DNA from: Octopus sinensis
Taxonomy: Eukaryota
NCBI RefSeq assembly: GCF_006345805.1
Contig: NC_043016.1
Span: forward strand, 9,176,001-9,240,000
DNA: 64,000 nt
Reading direction: 5' to 3'
Shown piece by piece: positions 53,814-64,000 of the stretch. Every line of letters begins with the position of its first letter. Position 1 is the first letter of the stretch. A program made the translations under genes and the position numbers. The notes beneath the pieces are model-generated. The model ran no database searches. It was given only the letters and a program-made list of their open reading frames with translations, and was not told the origin of the DNA.

Positions 53814-55268
53814 TTGAGGCGCAAATAAAAAATTAAATAAATAAAAATCGCGCTCAAACTAATTTTTGTGTGAGAGAGCGGGAGAAAGATGAACGATTTA
53901 AAATAAATATATCTTAATTGTTGTGCGAGAAAGTATATATATTCTAATGATAAAATATTGTTACGGAATCATCTGCCGTCGCTCGGTCGATCTGCGAATG
54001 TTTTCGCCACGGAAACTCGTCGGAGAGGAGAGAGAGATACAACAACAACAGCAGCAGCAGCACGAAGAGATACAGAGGCAACCGAGAGAAACACAAAGAG
54101 GCAAGGCACAACTGACTTACATTTAACAACTAGTTTATATGACAATCAATTGTTACAACATCAAATACATTTCAGATACATTTAAAAAAGGACATGCAAG
54201 TAACAACTCAATACATCATACGGGTATACCACAGATCAAAGCATTTAAAGGAAACAACAAATCAATACAGGTATATCAGCATTTCAAGAGTACACGTCCG
54301 AAGACACAGTTCTATTTCAAAACACATCAACAAGTCATATACAGTTCAAAGGACATTAAAGGCCTAACAGTTCAATGTTCATTATACAATGTTCAAATCA
54401 CAACACTGTACACAATGTCTTTACACAATTCACATTGTTCATTAAATTCCTTTTTACTGTCTCATTTCTTTTCACTGTTCAATACATCGATTCCTTGTCC
54501 TTCTTTTTCTTCACATATCAATACACAATTCACGTACCTTACATTAGCAAACGCCTCATATTGTACCTCATCTCCATCGCCGCCTATTCCTCTGTATATA
54601 TCTCTCTCTGTCCCAATACTCCAAGACCGCCGACTGCTTAAATTCCAACCGCTCGCCTCAACTCCCAAAAACCGACTGTTCGCTTTGACGACCGAATACC
54701 GACCGTCCTCTATCACTACCCTCAATCTGTCTATGCACACTAATAACCTCTCTATCTGCTCTCAGCCCTATCTGCCTATCTATATCGACGCTGTCACTGT
54801 CATTCTCTCATGACAGCTCTCAGATCCCTTACTCTGTCTTTCTCACTACTTTCTTCTTCCTCTTCTTCACTGTCACTAGATTCCTCCTTACTCTATCTTC
54901 CTCGGCCCTCACATCTCTCTGACCCCTAATCGACCGGCACAAGGCCAAAGGTCCCTCCAAAAGCCATTACTCTTCCAGTAAACAAAGGGCTGTAGCTTTT
55001 TATTCCAGACTTGCAGGCGCCACTCCCAACAAAGTGGGTCAAGAAATACTGCACCAGCCGAACCATTCATAGCAATATAGTATCTTTCAAAAACATCCTA
55101 AATTTATAGACTATATCCTGAGTGTTTAAGAAAAAAAAAAAATTTTACAGAAATAAATTTTCCAGAGTATGAATTATATGGTTCGTTATTAAATATATCC
55201 CCCTCTCACCTCCTTTTTCTGAACCAAAATAAAGGATCTGCAGCATATTAGGAGGTCAGGGTACTTGA

Positions 55269-55489
55269 CTGTTTATCATCACAAACCTATCCTCAGAGAG
55301 TATACTGGAAGTGCGTTGCCTTGTAACGATCTTCTGGCCAAGAAGGACCAGGCTGTTGCTCAACCTGCTCCATACTTGTTCACACCTCCTGTTCACTCAA
55401 GTTTGACCGGTCATCATATTCTTAATGTTCAATCATTCCACAAGGAACAGTTGCATCAACTGTTTAATCAGGCTCATAATTACCGGATG
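55269..55489 (+). pseudogene. CAD: Orphan CAD fragment (DHOase-ATCase linker and start of the aspartate transcarbamylase domain)
   Basis: Translation ...HSSLTGHHILNVQSFHKEQLHQLFNQAHNYRM aligns with metazoan CAD '[31 protein letters not shown]'. It ends abruptly at a SINE head, and no other CAD sequence was seen. Confidence 0.85.
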
Positions 55490-55852
55490 TGGAGGCGCAA
55501 TGGCCTAGTGGTTAGGGCAGCGGACTCGCGGTTTCGATTCCCAGACCGGGCGTTGTGAGTGTTTATTGAGCGAAAACACCTAAAGCTCCACGAAGCTCCG
55601 GCAGGGGATGGTGCTGATCCCTGCTGTACTCTTTCACCACAACTTTCTCTCACTCTTACTTCCTGTTTCTGTTGTACCTGTATTTCAAAGGGCCGGCCTT
55701 GTCACTCTCTGTGTCACGCTGAATATCCCCGAGACCTACGTTAAGGGTACACGTGTCTGTGAAGTGCTCAGCCACTTACACGTTAATTTCACGAGCAGGC
55801 TGTTCCGTTGATTCGGATCAACCGGAACCCTCGTCGTCGTAACCGACGGAGT
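55489..55852 (+). mobile_element. Family D SINE (tail type 3), fused to the CAD fragment
   Basis: Family D head; tail shared with 31500-31820. Confidence 0.85.
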
Positions 55853-56059
55853 GTTTCCACATATATATATATGAATTATCCTATGTTTATCGTCAGCATG
55901 GAAAATTCGTTTAAACGAAACTGGGTAGCAATTCACGTCAGAAACACGGTTGAAGCGACCTGTCCAAGGGTAAAAACTCCGGGTTCATGTGCAGAAATTT
56001 TGTGTGTTGTATATGAATAATGAAAGAATGGAGTCGAACGAAGATGTTAACAAAATTCT

Positions 56060-56148
56060 TTTACTCTCGACATATGTTTCGAAGACAGCATGTTTTCATT
56101 CCAAAGGAATAAAGGGTGCATTATGCAATCTTCTCATCAGGAAGAAAG
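56060..56148 (-). ncRNA. Minimal type-I hammerhead ribozyme in the PLE 3' repeat
   Basis: CUGAUGA - stem II GAAGA/UCUUC - GAAA - palindromic stem III ACAUAUGU - GUC. Predicted cleavage after 56069. Confidence 0.75.
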
Positions 56149-56420
56149 GGAGCCTCTCTCGACAACAAGACAAGCAAAAATTACGATGACTGCCTACATG
56201 GTAAACAAAGCGATAATGAGTTTTTTTAAAAAACCGTTAGAAGAATTGACGTCAAAGATAGATAGTAGGAAGAGAAGGGTTAAAGGAATAATAGGTAGGG
56301 AACAAGTGGAGAGGGAAGGGTACGTTGATTGAAAGAGTGTTGAAAGGCTTAGGAAGGAATTTCGCTATTGAAGTGGGGTGGACGTGAAGCTAATTGTTCA
56401 AACCACAGTGACTATCGTTA

Positions 56421-56810
56421 TCATTTATATGAGTAGAAAGTATGTTTCTGCCAGTGTTTACATTTGTATGATTTTTCTATGAGTGTGTTTACAAGGGGAA
56501 CCTTAGAGAAGAGAATATGGAAGAGTTCAGAGGTGCAAATGTTACAAAATCTCCTGCCCTTATCAAAAGGAAAGGATACAGACAGTATGAACCAATCTAA
56601 CTTGAAATTTATATTGTTGTCTTTAAGACGCCAAACTAATTTACTTAGCCCTGTACTATGTCGTTTTTTACTATCCCTGAATGTTGAATAATGGTTTGAA
56701 CTTCTCTTGGATAACTGGGAAGTGGACGCTCCTATATAGAAGAAGACATCGGTACCGGAAGAAATTCTACACTGGTAAATAGAATTCTTAATCTTAGAAT
56801 TACTAGACAA
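56421..56810 (-). pseudogene. Penelope-like GIY-YIG endonuclease domain
   Basis: IYQCRI..YIGAST...R..NH..TF followed by C-NIC-TSEL and a terminal KCKH motif. Confidence 0.88.
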
Positions 56811-56897
56811 AAATTTAATTCTGTTGGGGTTGTCCTCCGAGATCGAAACGAAGTTTTTATGTTATGATTGTTGTTACTATTATATTAGCGCCAACAA

Positions 56898-58397
56898 CTA
56901 CACTATTTCTATTATTATTAGTATTATTAAAGGTAATACAATCAGTAATACCACCGACAATAATACCGTTATTGTTATTACCATCACACTACCATTGTTA
57001 TTAACACGGACTAATACTATTATTAATATTATCATTGTTAACACTTTCGCTGCTACCCATGCTGTTACTATTAATACTATTCTATTATTATGATTGTATG
57101 ATGGGTTGGAATTAGCAAGATTAGTGTTGGAACTCCCGGGTGAAGAATCTTTGTTTAGCAGCTTGATATTGTGGGAAGATATAATTTGTGAAAGATTTCT
57201 AGTGTTAGAGAAGGCGATTCTGACTATGAGGGAATTGATAATAGAATGATACCTAGAATTTCTGGGAAAGTTCCTAGCAACGGCTTCACGGAACTGTAAG
57301 AGAAAGTTCGATTTAATTTGTTTTCCGAAAGGTATTACGAACCAGATACAGTTTTTTGTGGCATTTGAATTGTTCTTAGTGTTATTTGTGATAGTAAGGT
57401 GAAAATTTCTGGGTTGAAAATTTGGGGTTGAATGGCGCTTACCTCCCCTAGTCCGTAAAGAATTTATTTTAAGTACAGGGTTGCTGGCATTATTAGAATT
57501 GAAATCATTATTCCTATTACGAGTAACTTTTCTATCTGGAGAAGCAGATGTTGGTTTAGAATGAGCTGAATCGATGTATGACACTTTCTCCTTATAACCG
57601 GCTTTTAACAAGGCGGCGTTATAGAAGTCTGCCTTTTGGTTAAAGATGTCGACATTAGCAGATAATTTAGACAGTCTCAGAGATATGTTTTTGACTAAAT
57701 TATCGGTAATTGGCCTGGAATGATTACTGAAAATGCTAATATACTTAAGATTTGTGGAAGGTTTATGATAAGGGAAGTATGAGTTATTCTGCAAATTGAG
57801 GGTAATGTCTAAGAAGTTGGCTTTAGTTAATTCATCGTCAAAAACGATGCGCAAGCCCATTCTACTAAAAAACCTAACTAATCTGTTCTTAACCTTCTGT
57901 ATTTTTTGGTTTGAAGCGTTTTGGAGGTAAAGCAGACAATCGTCGCGATAAAGACCTCCACAGATGTCCGGGAATTGGTCAGCCATTTCATAAAGAATAT
58001 AAATTCCGATCAAATCGGCTATCTGGGCGCTGTCTGTACTTCCCATTAGTACATCAAACGCATTAGGAGTATCTCTACGGACCCACAACTTGCTATCGAA
58101 CTGGATGAAAGATTTCCTAGCAGTCAATATCACACTAATTTCCTCCCTGGAGAGGCCTGCCTTATTGTGTGCGTGCCATAGGGCCTTATTAACTATAATA
58201 GGGTTGATTGAGGAATAGAAACTAGATATATCGAATTGGATAAATTTAGTGTTGGCCTTATCAGTAATAGAAGTAAACCAATCTACGACTTGAACAGAAT
58301 TGGACCATAAGCTAAGTTTTAATTTATTAATTAATATAGGGATATACTTATCTAATATGTATTTACTAAGGGTACCGATGTCTGAACTGGAAGGCAT
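56898..58397 (-). pseudogene. Penelope-like reverse transcriptase (N-terminal part in another frame to ~58537; C-terminal linker frameshifted)
   Basis: 499-aa ORF with RT motifs A, B and C (YRDD) and the PLE thumb segment 'NFLDITLNL...PYHKP..Y....SNH'. Confidence 0.9.
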
Positions 58398-58536
58398 ATG
58401 AGCCGCGATGCTGGGTTAGTATGAAAGTTCTGCTTGTGGTCCTTTAAGATGAATCTGGGTTCCCTAGGGTTCAATGGTTCCGTCTTCATCTGTAATCCGT
58501 AAGTTTCCATAATTTGTTTTTTTCTAAGTTGGCTTG

Positions 58537-59110
<574 letters not shown>

Positions 59111-59481
59111 AGAGAAAAAGATAGAAGTAAATATATGGTACAACGAAGTACCGATATTTACTGGAAAATAGCGAACGTAATAATACGACGCTAATGTATA
59201 GCTTCACCGCGTATGTACTAGCAAAAATGCGTTTGTGCTACAAACTTGAAAAAAATTGTCTTACCTCCAGGGAGAACATCTGAAAGATGAAATACCTAGA
59301 AAGGGATAATGTGGTACCGGTTCTATGTATAATTTTCCCTCACGGGCTATTCTTTACTGGAAGCAATACTCTCGTATTGCATTACTATTTATATATATAT
59401 ATAAATAAATATAAATATTGTTATTTTTGTTGTTCGTGTGTGTACGTGCGTGTGTGTGTACGTGCGTGTGTGTGTACGTGC

Positions 59482-59549
<68 letters not shown>

Positions 59550-59785
59550 TGTGTGTGTGTGTTTCTGTGTCTTTCAATATATGAACAACATAATACAGTT
59601 TTTTTGTTTTTTTTAATGAGTATTTTCACTCTGAAAGCTAGGTGTATGTTTAAAAAATATTTTTTACGGACAGCGTAGCGTCGGACAACGACTTAATAAT
59701 TAATAAACTCTCGCGGTATCTTCTTTTATTTATGATTATTCATAGACAATTTAGTAAATAATTCATATAATTTTTATTGTATACT

Positions 59786-60165
59786 CTTTACTCTTTACTC
59801 TTTTACTTGTTTCAGTCATTTGAATGCGGCCATGCTGGAGCACCGCCTTTAGTCAAGCAAATCGACCCCCAGGTCTTATTCTTTGTAAGCCTAGTACTTA
59901 TTCTATCAGTCTTTTTTCCGAACCGCTAGGCTACGGGGACATTGTCAAGCGATGTTGGGGGGGGGGGACAAACACACACACACAAACACAAACACATATA
60001 TACGGCGGACTTCTTTCAGTTTCCGTCTACTAAATCCACTCATACGGCTTTGGTCAGCCCGAGGCTATAGTAGAAGACACTTGCCGAAGGTGTCACGCAG
60101 TGGGACTGAATCCGGAACCATGTGGTTGCTAAGCAAGCTACTTACCACACAGCCACTCCTGCGCC
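59786..60165 (-). mobile_element. Family B SINE
   Basis: Full length, inverted relative to 58705-59110. Confidence 0.85.
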
Positions 60166-60605
60166 TATATAATTTTTTTTTTATATAAACTGAAGTATTT
60201 TAAACTAAATGTTTTTAATATATTATCTATTAGCGTGTTTCGTTCGTCTTTACGTTGTGTGATCAAATATCACTGAAACTGAATTTGCTTTTCATTTCTT
60301 CTGGGTCGATAAAATAAGAACCAATGATACGCTGGGGTCAATGTAAGCGACCTACACCCTCCTCCAATATTTTTTGCCCTTATGCCAAAATTTGAAACCC
60401 AGATGTTTATTCATGTAGAGATATATTATACACGGCAATATGAATTTTAAAACACTTAGGCCCCAAAATCATGATCGCATTGTAGACGGTACTTTGTACT
60501 TTGTACTTTGTACTTGTACAAAGTAACGCTTTGTACTTTGATTTTACAGTAACATACAGCTTTCACTGTAATTAAAAAAAATTTCGAAAGTAAAAACTTA
60601 ATAGA

Positions 60606-60748
60606 GATATTTCCCTTAAAAGACCAAGAACTCTTGAAGTTATTTCCCTTTAAAAGTTAGGGGAAGTAATTATTCGAGTTCTTTCCCTTAGTACTTAAGG
60701 GAAATTATTAAAATGAGTTATTTCCCTTGATCTATTAAGGGAACTCAC
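60606..60748. repeat. Array of ~39-bp units built on TTCCCTT-N7/8-AAGGGAA palindromes
   Basis: Units begin near 60609, 60637, 60676 and 60715. Confidence 0.7.
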
Positions 60749-60999
60749 TTTTAAACTATTTTAAACGAAGTTGTCTATTCCTCGACTTAGAATCGATATT
60801 TCCGAGGACGAGAACGAAATTTATAATTGAATTGGTCTGATGGCGTTGGGTGAACTTGAATGGCATTAAGTAACCTATGATCCAAAGATATTCCCTACCA
60901 TATCTATCTCATTTCATTTTCCAGGCATAAGGTATCTGGGACCGCATTTTCTAAAGTGTCCTTTCTTTTTACAGGAGACCACTTCTGACTGCAAATTCG

Positions 61000-61042
<43 letters not shown>

Positions 61043-61562
61043 GTGTGTGTGTGTGTGTGTACATATACGACAAGAAATAATTTTTGCCTTTTTTATGGAG
61101 ACAAAAGGATTTATAAGACTGCAAAAAAGAAGTGCTCAAATTTAATTGAGTCGGAGATTATTAGAGAACAAACATCAAATTCGAGTCAACAACTTTATAT
61201 ATAACACCATACCTCTAAACATTTGATAAAAAAATATTAGCATGGCATTTAACATATAAAGAATACATATATAAAAAAACGCAGAAGGTAAAAGAAATAT
61301 ATATGCAAATAAAAATACAGATATATAGAACAGCCTATCAAGAAGGTATATACAATTGACTAAAAATTCTAAAGCCTGTCATGCGACTAAAATTCTATAT
61401 AAAATGAAATATCAATCGACTAAACAAATTTTTCTTACTCTCCTCAAACAAAATTGTACGTCAAAAAGTTCATCTCATAAAAACTATGGTAGGTTGGAGT
61501 CCAGGAGCAAAAAAAGAGTTCCACAAAATCAAGTTAAATGCATCTCCATTTTCTTATTTGCT

Positions 61563-61594
61563 ATATATTATTATTATTATTATTATTATTATTG

Positions 61595-61642
<48 letters not shown>
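61563..61642. repeat. (TAT)n microsatellite
   Basis: Direct inspection. Confidence 0.9.
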
Positions 61643-61644
<2 letters not shown>

Positions 61645-62454
61645 TAAGGGAATATAAATCCAAACTTACAAGGAAAAAAATTTCAATTTAGAAATACTAA
61701 ATCAAATTTCACACAATATAATATATATAAAAAAAATTAGAAAAAAAAACACCTTTTATCAATTCAAAATGAACAATTAAATTACACCATCTAGAAAATT
61801 ACATATAATAGAAATATTAAAATTAAAATAACAATAAAATGTCAATGATTAAGTAAATTGCAAAAAAATAATAAAAACGTATATAAGTGTGTGTGTGTAG
61901 TGAATCTTGCATGCATGAAGTGGATTCGATCAACCACAGCCAAATTTAAATTAACACTGTTACAAAACTTTTCCCACGATGGAACAATGGTTTTTCTCTG
62001 ACAGCAATTTTACATTTTCCAGATGCCTTTAGCTAGGCCGAAATAATGTCTTCACTTGACCTTTTCTAACCTCTTCTACTTCACTAAAAGCTAGAATAGA
62101 GATAACAAGACCACCAACTAAATCTATTGTTTTCAATGATATATCTATCCTTCTAGATAGTTATAAAAGCAAGCATACCCCAAGCAAAAATCAGTTCGTC
62201 ACAGTCGGTGATGACTCAACGAAGTCTGGCTGACCAGCTAGAACCTTGGTCAAAGGGAGAAAGCAACTGTGAGACAACACCCTACAATTCTCTCTAGCTC
62301 TAATTCTGTTCTCTTACAACATCAGCCTAAAGGAAAATAGGATAAGTAACACAATGAATGACCCTTCATCAGTCATCAGCTGTCTATCCACTCTTCATTT
62401 CAAGCATTCAACGACAATATGAGTCTTCAAAGTAGTTGCTCCCATATATATATA

Positions 62455-62554
62455 TATTCTTTTATTTGTTTCAGTCATTTGACTGTGGCTATGCTGGAGT
62501 ACAGCTTTTTGCAGAACAAATTGACCCCAGGTAATGGTGGCGGGACAAACACAG

Positions 62555-62585
<31 letters not shown>

Positions 62586-62742
62586 CGATGGGCTTCTTTC
62601 AGTTTCCACCTACCAGATCCACTCACATGGTTTTGGTTGGCCAGGAGGCTATAATAGAAGATACTTACCCAAGGTGCTACGCAGTGGGACGGAACCCGGG
62701 ACCATGTGCTTACAAGCAAGCTTCTTACCACACAGGCACTTC
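62455..62742 (-). mobile_element. Family B SINE (internally deleted)
   Basis: Head and tail recognisable. Confidence 0.7.
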
Positions 62743-63296
62743 TACACGTATGTATGTATGTATGTATGTATGTGTGTGTATGTATGTATGTATATTTGTA
62801 TGTATGCATGCATGTATGTATGTATGCATGTATGTATGTATGCATAAGCAACCGTGAGACAACACCCTACAATTCTCTCTAGCTCTAATTCTGTTCTCTT
62901 ACAACATCAGCCTATCTCTCTCAGCAATTATTACTACTACTAAACAATGAAGAGAACACAAACACATACTTTACTTTGCACGCTTTGGGATGTATCATTA
63001 ACCTGCTCCTTGAGGCAAGGTATTGTAGCGTAACGGTAAATAAATACTTTCTTAAAACTTCATGCATGATTCATCTCCCTCATCTAACAGCATGCAATTA
63101 TAACAACAAATCTTTATCGTTACAATTGCTGACTTCGACATCCTCATAATATCGTTTACAATTCAATTTTAACCATTACATATATATATACACAAAGATA
63201 CAGAAATAAATATTTTTATTCTCAAACGTGTGATAATGCTAATAAAATAGCATGAACAGGATAAATTATCCATACATTGCAGAAAAATATGTCACA

Positions 63297-63369
63297 GGCC
63301 AGCCATGAGACTTGAACTCACATCCCTGTGATTATGCATCAAGTGCTTTACTATTAAGCTAAACTGCCC
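63297..63369 (-). pseudogene. Degenerate tRNA-like sequence (CAT in the anticodon position)
   Basis: 73 nt. D-arm GCTT/AAGC, T-arm GTGAG-TTCAAGT-CTCAT and acceptor stem mostly pair. The anticodon stem is broken and U33 is absent. Confidence 0.5.
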
Positions 63370-63835
63370 AGTAACAAATTTTTCTGCAATTTTAGAACTT
63401 ATAAATTTAGCTTCATAAGAACAAACATCAAAGTCGCGTATGGATAATTTATCCTATTCACACTATTTTATTACCATTATCACACATTTGAGAATTAAAA
63501 AATTATTTCTGTATCTTCTAAAACAAATTTTGCTTACTTTCGTCATAAGTTGACTATATATATATATATATATATATGGATCTTCTACTACCATGTTCCT
63601 AATGATGAAATTAACCTCTCTCTATATATATCTACCCTCTTTGTAATGTTGGCAAATGAAATAAGTATAAAAATGTACATTGTCCATTTAATTTTAAAAA
63701 ATTCTATATGTGACTGAAGATTGCTCTACATTTTAAAACTGATGTAACACTTACATTGTTTAATAGAATGAAGTAGCATGAAACGATTGTACTACACTAC
63801 CTTGGATATCCTTGTTGCTCATTTTGATTATATAT

Positions 63836-63887
<52 letters not shown>

Positions 63888-64000
63888 GCTGTTGATGTAT
63901 TCTACCTGGTTTTTTCCACATAATATATACTGTGAACCGCGTGATGCACATATTGTTTTACTGGTATTATTGTTATTAATAATAATAATAATAATATTAG

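Noticed and set aside
54139-54813. 224-aa ORF and possible solo LTR
   Set aside because: Low-complexity composition with no domain; the putative LTR ends lack a target-site duplication.
59264-59294. Minus-strand mini-exon candidate with a GTAAG donor in the phase needed for NipSnap
   Set aside because: The peptide (ISSFRCSPW) does not resemble the expected 'HNVKPE' exon.

Overview
AT-rich, repeat-dense animal genomic DNA. The SINE, microsatellite and retroelement content looks like an octopus/coleoid cephalopod genome (inference). One host gene is present: a NipSnap (NIPSNAP1/GBAS-like) gene on the minus strand. Its last seven coding exons (43794 down to 6182) splice through canonical GT-AG introns into one 583-nt open frame ending ...VPLIRHMESRILIPTPFSPLQ*. 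Its first exons were not found in the window. The rest is mobile DNA: at least five SINE-like families; two degraded ~3-kb CR1-type LINEs plus CR1, RTE and Tx1-like fragments; a degraded Penelope-like element (YRDD reverse transcriptase + GIY-YIG endonuclease); MITEs (Merlin-, piggyBac-, Tc2/pogo- and Helitron-like); and long microsatellites. There is a 100-N gap. The most notable unannotated signal is a set of minimal type-I hammerhead ribozyme motifs. One follows the Penelope ORF, and others sit in short Penelope-like repeats. Two foldback elements carry a U3:A8 compensatory catalytic core. Also notable are an orphan CAD (ATCase) coding fragment fused to a SINE 5' end and a LINE/SINE pair sharing a 3' tail. 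All calls were made by eye with no database searches, and repeat boundaries are approximate.
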